A stretch of DNA of 63,996 nucleotides, filler included, from an uncultured Myxococcia bacterium (GTDB lineage: Bacteria > CAZTWC01), in assembly GCA_964617105.1 (NCBI GenBank). It is 4 parts of 4 records of this genome, joined end to end, with 100 filler letters (N's around TTAATTAATTAA, not from the genome) between each part and the next. Parts side by side here need not be neighbours in the genome. Positions count along the whole stretch, not along the records: positions 37,933 to 56,786 come from CAZTWC010000043.1; 3 more parts are not named here. One strand, 5' to 3'. The notes under the pieces were generated by a model. That model worked only from the letters and a program-made list of their open reading frames with translations. It was not told where the DNA came from and made no database searches. A program made the translations under genes and the position numbers. Shown piece by piece: positions 41,505 through 51,305 of the stretch. The first letter of the stretch is position 1. Every line of letters starts with the position of its first letter.

Positions 41505-42368
41505 TTATCCGTCACTATTGGAGGAAAAACTACTCTCCACTTCGGCTAACAAATATTTAGTCTTAACCAAATCAACCGTCTGAGCCATCTCCACCACCGA
41601 ATCCACCTGACGCTGGAACTCTTCTATATCTGCTTTAGGTTTGGAATTATACTCCATTATTGTGCGCAAAGCATCAGTAGCCACGATTCGGTATTTCTTG
41701 CGGTAATGGTGCCTGGAAATAAAAGAGACCATCCCTACACACCAGTTATATTGCTTTAGAAAGAGATCGTTTAGGGAAAACCGGCCATCACCAAGGTTAA
41801 GGGGACAGCCCTCAGTATCGTTCTTGGTCTTTAGCACTTTCAAATTAAGTTGGAATTTGAGAGCATTCACAGAAATTAAAGGCAGAGAATACCCCAAGGC
41901 TTGATACACGCCGGTCAATACCTGGCTCTCCTGGACCGATAATTTTCCCCCTAACGTAGAAAGCCTGGTAATGATGCGCCGGTAATTGTCAAAAAAATCG
42001 GCAAACTTTTGATAGGATTTGGCTAGAGCCTGAACATCGATTTGCTTTTTATGCTTTTGGGAAAGGGGCGGCAATATCAGGTTGTGGGCAAAAATTATAC
42101 TTTCTAATAATAGTTGATTTCTAAATCCTTGATCAAAGAGGTTGAAAATAGTTATGATTTGGTTAAAATGGTCAGTGGCGACTTTAGCGTCAATTTGGGA
42201 AGGTGGCGTTATCAGGATATCGATATAACAGTCCAAAATAACTTGCAGCAGTTGACATAGAGATTCCAAAAGCGGAGTTACTTGCTCAGGAGTCGGATAC
42301 TCTTCAGTTGGAATTTTTTCAACTGCAATAGATATTTGTTCTGCTAGTTCTGTTTGGATCATGTTCAT
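41505..42368 (-). CDS. Hypothetical protein (helical, 287 aa)
   Basis: Long ORF filling the space between genes; no recognised motif. Confidence 0.6.
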   Translation of the reverse strand: MNMIQTELAEQISIAVEKIPTEEYPTPEQVTPLLESLCQLLQVILDCYIDILITPPSQIDAKVATDHFNQIITIFNLFDQGFRNQLLLESIIFAHNLILPPLSQKHKKQIDVQALAKSYQKFADFFDNYRRIITRLSTLGGKLSVQESQVLTGVYQALGYSLPLISVNALKFQLNLKVLKTKNDTEGCPLNLGDGRFSLNDLFLKQYNWCVGMVSFISRHHYRKKYRIVATDALRTIMEYNSKPKADIEEFQRQVDSVVEMAQTVDLVKTKYLLAEVESSFSSNSDG

Positions 42369-42415
42369 GCCCTTAAAGTAATATCAAAATAACTTTTTTG
42401 TCCAGAGTAAAAATA

Positions 42416-43693
42416 ATGCGATTATTTAAAATCAAACTACATTGGCAAATCCTGGTCGCCCTGTTGGTTGGAATAGTAGCCGGGCTGATTACCGGAAAAG
42501 ACACTACCATTGGCCAGATCAACCTTTACAGCCTATATAATTTTTTAGGTGATCTGTTCTTAAGAGCCTTAAAAATGTTAATAGTTCCTCTAATTACTTC
42601 TTCCATCATTACCGGTGTTGCTGGCGCTGGCCAGGGGCGCTCCCTTGGCAGGATGGGGTTGAAAACCCTTTTTTACTATATGGCCTCTAGCCTGGCCGCC
42701 ATATTAACCGGACTATTTATGGTCAACCTGGTAAATCCGGGACTTTCAAATGGTAAACCGGTTAAAAAACTGTTGGGACTTACCGCTGATACCGGGGAAT
42801 TGGTAGAAGAGTTGGGAAAACGTTCCACCTCAGATTTGGTGGATATCCTGCTGCGCCTTATCCCTGAAAACCCGCTGTCAGCGGCAGCAGAAGGACAAAT
42901 ATTACCTTTGATATTCTTTTGTCTCCTGGTTGGTATTTTCATCAATCAATTAAAGGAGGATAGCAGTGTATCGGTGGTGGAGCAATTTTGGCAGGGTCTT
43001 TTTAAGATTATGATGAAACTTACTTCCCTGGTAATGCTTTTTGCTCCGCTGGGGGTGTTCGGCTTAATCGCTAGAACCACAGCCGCCGCCGGGTTAGATG
43101 TTTTCCGGCCCCTGGCTTTTTATGTTGTTACGGTTTTTTCATCACTACTTATCCATGCATTTATAAGTTTACCTTTATTATTATATGTAATAGGTCGTAT
43201 CAATCCGATAAAATATTTTCGTGCCCTGCTACCAGCGCTTTTAACCGCCTTTTCCACCAGTTCCTCCTCCGCAACCCTGCCGGTAACCATGGATTGCCTG
43301 CAAAAGGGAGCCGGAGTATCCAGGCGGGTTTCCTCCTTTGTTCTTCCTCTAGGAGCCACAGTCAACATGGATGGAACCGCTCTGTATGAATGTGTGGCTG
43401 CTATGTTCATCGCCCAGGCTTATGGAGTTGAACTTGGTCCTCTGCAGCAAGGTGTAGTGGTTCTGACCGCTCTTTTGGCCTCCATTGGAGCCGCCGGCAT
43501 CCCTTCCGCCGGACTGGTGATGCTATCCATAGTCCTTAATGCGGCCGGCCTTCCATTGGAAGGGGTGGGATTGATATTGGCGGTTGACCGTATACTGGAT
43601 ATGTTCCGGACCTCGGTTAATGTCTGGAGCGATGCCAGTTGTAGCGCTGTGGTAGCCAGAAGTGAAGGTGAAAAATTAGAGAAAGTAAAATGA
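42416..43693 (+). CDS. Dicarboxylate/amino acid:cation symporter (GltP/DctA family)
   Basis: FLRALKMLIVP, AFSTSSSSATLP, PLGATVNMDGT, VDRILDMFRTSVNV. Confidence 0.95.
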   Translation: MRLFKIKLHWQILVALLVGIVAGLITGKDTTIGQINLYSLYNFLGDLFLRALKMLIVPLITSSIITGVAGAGQGRSLGRMGLKTLFYYMASSLAAILTGLFMVNLVNPGLSNGKPVKKLLGLTADTGELVEELGKRSTSDLVDILLRLIPENPLSAAAEGQILPLIFFCLLVGIFINQLKEDSSVSVVEQFWQGLFKIMMKLTSLVMLFAPLGVFGLIARTTAAAGLDVFRPLAFYVVTVFSSLLIHAFISLPLLLYVIGRINPIKYFRALLPALLTAFSTSSSSATLPVTMDCLQKGAGVSRRVSSFVLPLGATVNMDGTALYECVAAMFIAQAYGVELGPLQQGVVVLTALLASIGAAGIPSAGLVMLSIVLNAAGLPLEGVGLILAVDRILDMFRTSVNVWSDASCSAVVARSEGEKLEKVK

Positions 43694-43738
43694 AGCCTAG
43701 TTGTTTCACCCAATCCCGCCCGGGAACTAACTAAAGTG

Positions 43739-43768
43739 TTGACATCGAACCTTATTTTGCATTAGATT
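43739..43768 (+). promoter_or_regulatory. Sigma70-type promoter for the Cys-rich lipoprotein
   Basis: TTGACA-N18-TAGATT, then an AGGAG RBS before 43815. Confidence 0.5.
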
Positions 43769-43814
43769 AATAGTTCTATATAGATTTCGACTTCTCTAAC
43801 TTTTAGGAGTACAA

Positions 43815-46800
43815 ATGTTATTTAATAAAAATCTGACCGCTAATTCCTTAATTTTATTATTAACTCTTACGCTATTTTTCGCTTTTGGCTGCGGTGAAGA
43901 AAGCCCTTCCGGAACCGATTCTGGCACTTGCGAAGCAGATGCCGACTGCGTCAGCGGAAAATTTTGCCAACAGGGTAGTTGTAAGGATAAGCCGGTGGGT
44001 TACTGCAGCAAGCCCTCTGATTGTCCGGCCGGTCAATTATGTGAGAATAGTATTTGTAAATCTCAGACCGGAAAACAATGCAACACCGATGCTGACTGTA
44101 CCGGTGAAGAAAAACCCGGATGCAATCTTATGAGCAGGCGTTGCGAATTGGAGTGCTCCAATGACACCCACTGCCCAAACGGTACCTGCGATCGTTATGC
44201 TCACAAATGTGTGGGCAAACAAAAAGAGTGCACCAAAGATGGAGATTGCTCAACCAAAACAAACAAGGGGTGCAACCTGCTCACCAATAGTTGTGAATGG
44301 CAATGCACAATTGATGCTCACTGTCCCAGTGGTTTATGTGATATCTATTCCCATAAGTGTACTACTGGTATGGAATGCAATAACGATGCCGATTGTGCGG
44401 GCGCTCTTAAAAAGGGATGTAATACGGTCACCAAAAAATGCGAGTGGGGCTGTGCCAGCGATGCTCATTGCCCTAACAGTTCATGTGATTTGACCAAACA
44501 TACCTGCAAGCCCATTGTTAAAGACTGCCAATCAGACCTGGACTGTGCCTCAGAGATCAACAAGGGATGCAATACGGTCACTAAAAGATGTGAATGGTCC
44601 TGCACCCAGGACAGCCAATGTACCAATGGTATCTGTGATTTGAACACCCACATCTGTATAAGTGTTGGCAGTGGTTGTGCTGGATGTAAAAGCGATGAAT
44701 TTTGTTTTGGCAATCAAAAATGTATTAAAAAATTTATGGAATGCCAAAAAGATCTGGATTGCGGTAAAGATCAAAAATGTATCTCTATTGGTGCAAAAAA
44801 TTCCTGCCTTGACATCTGCGATCCAGCCAAAAACGTATCAACCACCGACAATCACAATAACGATTGCTGGGTCGGATACGGAGAATGCACTCCCTTAAGT
44901 AATGACCAAACCACAGGTGTTTGCCAGTTGCCCAGAGAAAATAATCGCAACTTAAACGAGACTTGCAGTCAAAATGATCCAGAAAAAGAGGATTTTCACG
45001 ACTGCCAGTCCACCGATTTGATCTGTGTAGGTATCAGCCAGTATAGCTCTTTGGCCTACTGCTGGAAATCATGCGACCCAACAAAAAATGATAGTTCAGA
45101 CTTAAATCCTGCCTGTAGCAACAACAAAGGAAAATGTATTAAATTGCAGGATGGTGGCGGCGTTTGCGAGCCGGAAAGAGAGAAAAAGCGGCTGGAAGGA
45201 GAAACCTGTTTACAGGGATTCGACAATGTTAAACCAGAATATCATGACTGCCAATCTACTCTTACCTGTCTGGAAGGCAAAAAAATATGCGCCAAACCAA
45301 GAACCAATACCCAAACCCTGGGTGCCAAATGCGAAACCGAAAATGTAGGCCAACCAGACTACAACAGTTGTGCAGCCGGGAATAATTGCTATAAAAACAA
45401 ATGTTTCAAATCATGTAATCCTGCCAGTCCAGCCTGCGGCAATGAGGAGACTTGTATGAAAACCTCTGTTGCCACCCCCAATGATGGAATATGCCACCCC
45501 ATTCAATTACTGGAATGTGAACGAGAAAAAGATGCAAATGACCAAGACGATCCAAGCAAACATAATTGTCCTACCGATTTTTTCTGTTTTAAGTTTAACA
45601 TATATTACCGCTGTGTGAAACCATGTGATCCATCTGCCACGACATCCACTTGCGACCCCAACTACACCTGCCGTAAATTTGACCTTAACGATGCCACCAA
45701 AGGATACTGCATCCCCGACCGCCAGAAACTCAATAAAAAAGGTGATGTTTGCTACTATTCCGATCCCACAAAAACTAACTACCATGGTTGCCAAGCCGGT
45801 CTGGATTGTGATATTGAAAATTTCACATGCACGGATGCTTTTCCAAAAACCCAAACTGCCGGCCAGGAATGTGAAACCAACAACAAAGGATGCCAGGCGG
45901 GGTTGACCTGCCTCTACAACAAAGGCGGAGAACAAAAAGTCTGTGCCACATCCTGCAGCCCCTTTCAAACGGGTCAATGTCAGGCTGGAGAATTATGTAT
46001 CTCCACCCAGGAAAAGAAATACTACTGGGACGGTGGCTGCTTTCAGGAAAGAAAAGAAGAGTTGGCAGAAGGAGCGGAGTGCTATTGTCAGGACACCACT
46101 CAAAGTTGTTACAACGAATGCACCTCCCCTCTAAAATGCTACACCTATATTAGCGACTATAAAGTCTGTGCAAAAGAGTGTGCAAAAGATGAAGACTGCC
46201 CGGATACCAGCCAGTATTGTGAAACCTACTTTGAAACCTGTTTGAAAAAATCAACCAATACTCAACAGGCTGGATACCAATGTTTTCAATCAGACCCTAG
46301 AAAAGATTCGTATAACGACTGCGATGAAACCAAAGCGACTTGTTTAAATCTGGGAGACATGTTTCTTCCCGATTACTGGTGCCTGGGAAAATGTGATCTA
46401 AAAACACCAAATTGTGACCAGGATTATGATTGCCGCCAGGTCGATTCAGAGACCCAATGCACCAAAGACGAAGATTGCACTGAATCAGGATTTTACTGTA
46501 TGAATGGAATCTGCGCCATGGGTGTCTGCCTAAAACTCAGAAAAGAAACCCGCGATATGTTCGAAGAGTGTGGTGCTGGTGATCCCAAAATTCCATCTTA
46601 CCATGGATGCAAAGGCACCGACCTGCTCTGCGTGGGCGGTGGTGCAAAGAATTATTGCCTGACAAAATGCGACACCAATGCGCCCCAATGCAGCCAGGGA
46701 TTTAGTTGTATGCCTCTTTCTGACGGCACTGACGGTATCTGCGCCATGGATTGCACGCAACTTTCAGAATGTACCGCACACGGAACAGAGTGCACTACTA

Positions 46801-46826
46801 TTGGTGATAAAAAGGTCTGTTTATAG
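43815..46826 (+). CDS. Very Cys-rich repeat lipoprotein (1003 aa)
   Basis: Lipobox AFGC; CxxDxDC repeats; second repeat family ...YHDC / YNDC / YHGC...CDP. Confidence 0.85.
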   Translation: MLFNKNLTANSLILLLTLTLFFAFGCGEESPSGTDSGTCEADADCVSGKFCQQGSCKDKPVGYCSKPSDCPAGQLCENSICKSQTGKQCNTDADCTGEEKPGCNLMSRRCELECSNDTHCPNGTCDRYAHKCVGKQKECTKDGDCSTKTNKGCNLLTNSCEWQCTIDAHCPSGLCDIYSHKCTTGMECNNDADCAGALKKGCNTVTKKCEWGCASDAHCPNSSCDLTKHTCKPIVKDCQSDLDCASEINKGCNTVTKRCEWSCTQDSQCTNGICDLNTHICISVGSGCAGCKSDEFCFGNQKCIKKFMECQKDLDCGKDQKCISIGAKNSCLDICDPAKNVSTTDNHNNDCWVGYGECTPLSNDQTTGVCQLPRENNRNLNETCSQNDPEKEDFHDCQSTDLICVGISQYSSLAYCWKSCDPTKNDSSDLNPACSNNKGKCIKLQDGGGVCEPEREKKRLEGETCLQGFDNVKPEYHDCQSTLTCLEGKKICAKPRTNTQTLGAKCETENVGQPDYNSCAAGNNCYKNKCFKSCNPASPACGNEETCMKTSVATPNDGICHPIQLLECEREKDANDQDDPSKHNCPTDFFCFKFNIYYRCVKPCDPSATTSTCDPNYTCRKFDLNDATKGYCIPDRQKLNKKGDVCYYSDPTKTNYHGCQAGLDCDIENFTCTDAFPKTQTAGQECETNNKGCQAGLTCLYNKGGEQKVCATSCSPFQTGQCQAGELCISTQEKKYYWDGGCFQERKEELAEGAECYCQDTTQSCYNECTSPLKCYTYISDYKVCAKECAKDEDCPDTSQYCETYFETCLKKSTNTQQAGYQCFQSDPRKDSYNDCDETKATCLNLGDMFLPDYWCLGKCDLKTPNCDQDYDCRQVDSETQCTKDEDCTESGFYCMNGICAMGVCLKLRKETRDMFEECGAGDPKIPSYHGCKGTDLLCVGGGAKNYCLTKCDTNAPQCSQGFSCMPLSDGTDGICAMDCTQLSECTAHGTECTTIGDKKVCL
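44079..44657 (+). repeat. Four tandem 44-aa, 8-Cys coding repeats
   Basis: CxxDxDC....KxGCN....CEWxCxxDxHCPxGxCD...HxC x4; copies 3 and 4 share aagggatgYaatacggtcacYaaaa. Confidence 0.9.
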
Positions 46827-46862
46827 GAGAATTACCGGACGGTAACTAGTTTTAAGCCAAAA

Positions 46863-46904
46863 AAATAGCCCCGCTACTTTTAATTAAGAGTAACGGGGCT
46901 ATTT
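46863..46904. terminator. Bidirectional intrinsic terminator
   Basis: AAATAGCCCCG...CGGGGCTATTT between convergent genes, with A/T tracts. Confidence 0.85.
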
Positions 46905-46922
46905 AATTAATAAACTTGATTA

Positions 46923-48467
46923 CTACTTAAAAGAAGAGATAAACCCATCGATGGTCTTAAAAACCATATCGCTTTCACAGTCCTGCATCATTTCGTGACC
47001 TGAGTGGTCAAACCAAACCACCTCTTTTTCTGTGCTATTTACCCCTTCTAAAATAATGCGGGCGCTGTCTGGAGAGATAACCTTATCCTTCTTGGAATGA
47101 AGAAGTAAAAGAGGGTGAGAAAATTGACCCAGGCGGGTCTGGATATCATTAGAATATTGCAACAAAGATTGGAAACTGTCGGTAGCAAAACGGGGATAGT
47201 TACGATTTTCTGAGGCTAGTTGAGAACAATTAAAAGCGGTTGGAGAGTCCCAAAAAGGGAAGAGTTTTTCTAAAAATGGGGTTAAATGAACCAGGGGACT
47301 GACAAATTTCAAGGCCGGAGCAACCAACACCAAACCTTTAACAACTTTTTCAAACTCTATACCCAAATCCAGAGCCAACAAACCTCCCATGGAAAAACCA
47401 ACCACAATAATCTGTTGGCATTTTTTATTTAATTCTAACAGGGCTTGCCGGGCGTCCTTAAGCCAATCTTCACTTTGCAGCCCTTTTAGCGCCTTATAAT
47501 CGGTGCCGTGCCCTCTAAGTACTGGAAACAAATAAGGTATATCTTGCTTTTCCAACACAGGTACCAGGCCGGAAATAGTTTTCAAACTAGAAGTATATCC
47601 GTGAAGAGCCAATACTCCTAATGGCTCCTTTTTTTTTCGCCCGTTTAATTTATAACTTATGGGCTCAGTTTTTTGCATTGGAACATCGATGGGCCAAAAA
47701 TTCTGGGAATGATCCACCAGAGAAGAGATTTTTTTCATTAACTGATCGGTCATCTGGCGCAACTGCTCTTTATCAATAGTCTCCAGTTTTTGACTATACC
47801 TAATCGGCTCTCCAAAACGGATAGTGATTTTGTTGTTTTTGGGCAAAGGCAGCATCTCCAGGCGAGGATACATTTCGGGAGGAAATGCCAGACCAGTTCC
47901 GGTCAATCCCACTGGAACAATGGGCGCACCGGTAATCATTGACAACCGTACGGCACCGGTCTTACCTGGCAAGAGTCCGGTTTCTGCCTCCAATTGATCG
48001 CGTTGGACCTCTTCTTCTCCCGGGATGGTTCCTTCCGGAAAAATCACCACTACCCGACCATATTTTAAACGTATAATGGCGTTTTCGAGACCACTGCCGG
48101 TTTTTCGTTCTAACTTGATAGATTCGGCAAAATCCATTAAATATTTTAAAAAGGGAAAATCAAACAGCATGGCCTTGGCTAAAAAACAAACTCGCCGGGG
48201 ACAACTACTGGCTACTACAGTAGCATCAAACCAACTCTGGTGGTTAACAGCCAGAATCAAGCCTCCGGTTGCAGGAATATTATCAGCACCAATAATCTCA
48301 ATTTGATTGGTGAGACTATACTGCAATTTAAGTAACCTGGTTATAAAGCCATAAGAATATTGACGAGTTAGTTCAAAAACCGGTAACTCTTTCAGCAAGT
48401 TATAGGTTTTACCAACTATCATATCAGCTGGCGCCAATAATTTATTTATTAGTTCAAAGCGCTTCAT
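46923..48467 (-). CDS. Fusion: PlsC-type lysophospholipid acyltransferase + alpha/beta carboxylesterase
   Basis: NHQSWFD (HxxxxD), FPEGT; LHGY, LRGHG, GFSMGG, KKDKVI, SGH. Confidence 0.88.
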   Translation of the reverse strand: MKRFELINKLLAPADMIVGKTYNLLKELPVFELTRQYSYGFITRLLKLQYSLTNQIEIIGADNIPATGGLILAVNHQSWFDATVVASSCPRRVCFLAKAMLFDFPFLKYLMDFAESIKLERKTGSGLENAIIRLKYGRVVVIFPEGTIPGEEEVQRDQLEAETGLLPGKTGAVRLSMITGAPIVPVGLTGTGLAFPPEMYPRLEMLPLPKNNKITIRFGEPIRYSQKLETIDKEQLRQMTDQLMKKISSLVDHSQNFWPIDVPMQKTEPISYKLNGRKKKEPLGVLALHGYTSSLKTISGLVPVLEKQDIPYLFPVLRGHGTDYKALKGLQSEDWLKDARQALLELNKKCQQIIVVGFSMGGLLALDLGIEFEKVVKGLVLVAPALKFVSPLVHLTPFLEKLFPFWDSPTAFNCSQLASENRNYPRFATDSFQSLLQYSNDIQTRLGQFSHPLLLLHSKKDKVISPDSARIILEGVNSTEKEVVWFDHSGHEMMQDCESDMVFKTIDGFISSFK

Positions 48468-48499
48468 TTAACCTCCCATAAAACTATACTGCGCATGCT

Positions 48500-49093
48500 C
48501 TACTCATCAAAAATTGCTCCCTCGAATTCCTCCTGGTCGATATCTATCCCCTTTAAATTGGCACCCATCAAGTTGGCCTCCATAAATTCCGCACCGGTGA
48601 TGTCAGCGCCAGACAAATCACAATTATGCAAGTTGGCGTTTTCAAAATTGGCATCTCTCAAATCAGAATCTTTAAATGAAGCACTCTCCAATTCAGCACA
48701 TTCAAAATCAGCGTTGCTGATTTGGCAATTTTGCATTTGGGCTTTATGCAGGAACGCGAATGCAAATTTTGTGTTTATCAACTTGGAACCTTTAAATACA
48801 GAACCAGATAATATCGCCTCCTTCAAATTAGCATCACTTAAATCGCAATTTTCTATTTTACTGTTTCCCAGGTTGGCACAGATTAAGTTAGAATTGCTAA
48901 GATTGGATCCGGTAAAGTCCACATTAAGAAGGTCTGCGCCAGACAGGTCAACTTTGTTCAAATTGGTGTTTGATAAATCCGCTCCGGCTAATAAAATATC
49001 GATATAAGGATTTTCCTGCCTGAACTTGTTCCATTCTTTGACCGATTTTTTTAACAAGTTGCATTGCTCTTCTAAATAATTTTTTATTGCCAT
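48500..49093 (-). CDS. Pentapeptide repeat protein
   Basis: A(D/N)Lxx repeats (ADLSN TNLNK VDLSG ADLLN...); N-terminal VKEWNKFR. Confidence 0.92.
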   Translation of the reverse strand: MAIKNYLEEQCNLLKKSVKEWNKFRQENPYIDILLAGADLSNTNLNKVDLSGADLLNVDFTGSNLSNSNLICANLGNSKIENCDLSDANLKEAILSGSVFKGSKLINTKFAFAFLHKAQMQNCQISNADFECAELESASFKDSDLRDANFENANLHNCDLSGADITGAEFMEANLMGANLKGIDIDQEEFEGAIFDE

Positions 49094-49168
49094 TTTTTAT
49101 CCTTATACATTTAGGTAATTAAGGCCAATATTATTTATTTTATTTAATGTAATGGTAAATGTCAACAA

Positions 49169-49191
49169 TGTTTGGACAATATGTCCAAACA
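49169..49191. promoter_or_regulatory. Perfect palindrome, candidate enhancer (UAS) for a sigma54 activator
   Basis: TGTTTGGACA-ata-TGTCCAAACA, about 140-160 bp upstream of the -24 element. Confidence 0.6.
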
Positions 49192-49326
49192 CACCTGGCA
49201 AGGCGGCGGGAAACTGTTGGTTATTGAGGGAAACAGTTTGCTGTCCAGGGTTTACAGAAAATATTATACCTAATCTTTTCCGTAAGTTACGCTATAATCG
49301 AAAAAACTCTGGTCTCTCTCTTATCA

Positions 49327-49343
49327 CTGGCACCAAAAATGCA
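49327..49343 (+). promoter_or_regulatory. Sigma54 (-24/-12) promoter
   Basis: CTGGCACCAAAAATGCA: GG at 49329-30 and GC at 49341-42 with the canonical 10-nt spacing, about 60 bp before ATG 49405. Confidence 0.7.
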
Positions 49344-49404
49344 AATTGACAATGGACATTCACAACAAACATGAACTGACACTTTAATTGTATAGGAGTA
49401 TGAG

Positions 49405-49758
49405 ATGAAAGAGATCACCCTTTATACCTTGATTGAATCACTGGTTACCGAGGTCTATTCTGCCTGCGAAACTTTTGTCAATCGAGACCAGGATAATTTG
49501 CATAATAAAATCAATAAGGCAGCAATTCTTACCACCGCTTTTTTTATCAAGGGCTGCCGTTCGCCTTCTCCTTTTAAATACATGGCCCATTCTCGACAAT
49601 GGGCGAACCAAGTAATTTACCTATTAACACTGGCCCAAAGAAGAGGCCTGATCTCTAAGGATAAATCAATAGGGCTCAGCCGTCCCTACTTTAATTTGGA
49701 TGAAAATATCAATCTTATTTTGGCGAGGAATACTCAAAGTGTTGTCAAAAGTAATTAG
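49405..49758 (+). CDS. Divergent four-helix-bundle protein (23S rRNA-IVP/bAvd-like)
   Basis: LVTEVY..CETF...L..KINKAA...I.GC...Y...R...YLL.LA.RRGLI resembles the IVP pattern; AGGAG RBS; overlaps the comM start. Confidence 0.6.
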   Translation: MKEITLYTLIESLVTEVYSACETFVNRDQDNLHNKINKAAILTTAFFIKGCRSPSPFKYMAHSRQWANQVIYLLTLAQRRGLISKDKSIGLSRPYFNLDENINLILARNTQSVVKSN

Positions 49759-51280
49759 CAGTACAATTTTAGGAATCGATGCCCACAAAGTGGAAGTTGA
49801 AGTCAATATCTCCAATGGCTTTATCAAATTCGACCTGGTGGGACTGGCAGAGTGCGCTGTTAAAGAGAGCCGAATCCGAGTCGAAGCCGCCCTGAAAAAT
49901 TGCGACTTTAATATGCCTATGAAAAAGATAATTGTCAATTTGGCTCCAGCAGATATTCGTAAATCCGGTACTTCTTTCGATTTACCCATAGCGGTGGGCA
50001 TACTGGCCTCCTCCGGAGTTATCCCTATCTCTAACCTGGCTGATTATTTAATCGCTGGAGAATTGTCCCTGGATGGTAAGGTAAAGCCGGTTCCCGGTGT
50101 GCTGTCAATGGCCATTGCTTCAAAAAAATTGGGTTTAAAAGGTTTGATTGTACCGAAAAAAAATATCGCCGAAGCCTCTCTTGCAAAGGGCGTGGATATT
50201 TTGGGGGTAGATGACCTGAAAGAGACGGTGGATATTTTGATCAACGGAAAATCGGAAAGGTACATGATAAATGAAGTCAAAAATGTTCGGGAAAATAATC
50301 ACATTAGTTTCAACAACCTCGACCTGGCCGATGTTTTTGGTCAGCAACACGCAAAACGGGCTTTAGAAGTAGCAGCGGCCGGTGGCCACAACCTTTTGCT
50401 CATAGGACCACCCGGAACCGGAAAAACCATGCTGGCTCAACGGATATCTTCAATATTTCCTTCTATGTCCTTTGAAGAATCACTTGAGACCACCAAAATA
50501 TATTCTATTGCTGAGCATCTAGGGGAAAAAAAGTCTCTTATCGTTTCCCGCCCATTCAGAGCACCACACCACACAATAAGCAGTGCTGGCATGGTGGGAG
50601 GGGGGAGATTCTCGCCCAAACCGGGCGAGGTTTCCCTGGCCCACAATGGGGTGCTTTTTTTGGATGAACTACCTGAATTTCGGCGAGATGCCCTGGAGGT
50701 ATTGAGGCAACCTTTGGAAGATGGAAGAGTGAATATTACCAGATCCCAGATTACTTTTAACTATCCCGCTTCTTTTACCCTGGTGGCTAGCATGAACCCA
50801 TGCAAATGTGGACATATGGGAGATAAAATTAAAAACTGTACCTGCTCGGTGAGTGCCATAAAACATTATCGTGCCCGTATTTCCGGACCTTTGCTGGACC
50901 GGATAGATATCCAGGTAGAAATTCCTCCTGTTACTTCAAAAGATATTTTTTATGGAGATAGGTCGGGTGAAAGTTCCAACAATATAAAAAAAAGGGTGGA
51001 AAAGACGCGAAAAATACAGTGGCAACGGTTTAAAAAAATTAACGGTCTTTTTTGTAACGCCAATATGAACGCTGCTCACCTGAAAAAATATTGTCAATTG
51101 AACGACCGGGGAACAAAACTGCTGAAAAATGCTGTGGATATAATGGGAATCAGCGCCAGGGCATATTCTCGTATCCTAAAAATGTCTAGGACCCTGGCTG
51201 ACATGGAAGGGCAAAAGATGATTGGAAGTCATCATATTGCCGAAGCCATAAATTATCGCAGTTTGGACCGGGAAAATTAA
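49739..51280 (+). CDS. comM: ComM/YifB AAA+ helicase (Mg-chelatase-like)
   Basis: VKESRIRV, NLAPAD.RKSG..FDLPIA, GELSLDG, GPPGTGKT, RPFRAPHHT, PGEVSLAHNGVLFLDE, MNPCKCG, SGPLLDRID, SARAY; GTG start with GAGG RBS. Confidence 0.95.
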   Translation: MLSKVISSTILGIDAHKVEVEVNISNGFIKFDLVGLAECAVKESRIRVEAALKNCDFNMPMKKIIVNLAPADIRKSGTSFDLPIAVGILASSGVIPISNLADYLIAGELSLDGKVKPVPGVLSMAIASKKLGLKGLIVPKKNIAEASLAKGVDILGVDDLKETVDILINGKSERYMINEVKNVRENNHISFNNLDLADVFGQQHAKRALEVAAAGGHNLLLIGPPGTGKTMLAQRISSIFPSMSFEESLETTKIYSIAEHLGEKKSLIVSRPFRAPHHTISSAGMVGGGRFSPKPGEVSLAHNGVLFLDELPEFRRDALEVLRQPLEDGRVNITRSQITFNYPASFTLVASMNPCKCGHMGDKIKNCTCSVSAIKHYRARISGPLLDRIDIQVEIPPVTSKDIFYGDRSGESSNNIKKRVEKTRKIQWQRFKKINGLFCNANMNAAHLKKYCQLNDRGTKLLKNAVDIMGISARAYSRILKMSRTLADMEGQKMIGSHHIAEAINYRSLDREN

Positions 51281-51305
51281 TCAGGTATAAAAAATAGGAG
51301 GTTTT

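Noticed and set aside
43885-46760. Overlapping alternative-frame and antisense ORFs here and across the window
   Set aside because: They are shadows of well-supported genes, with no RBS or motifs.
49739-51280. Magnesium chelatase / photosynthesis gene
   Set aside because: The Lon-like N-terminus, zinc motif and recA/ssb context identify ComM/YifB.
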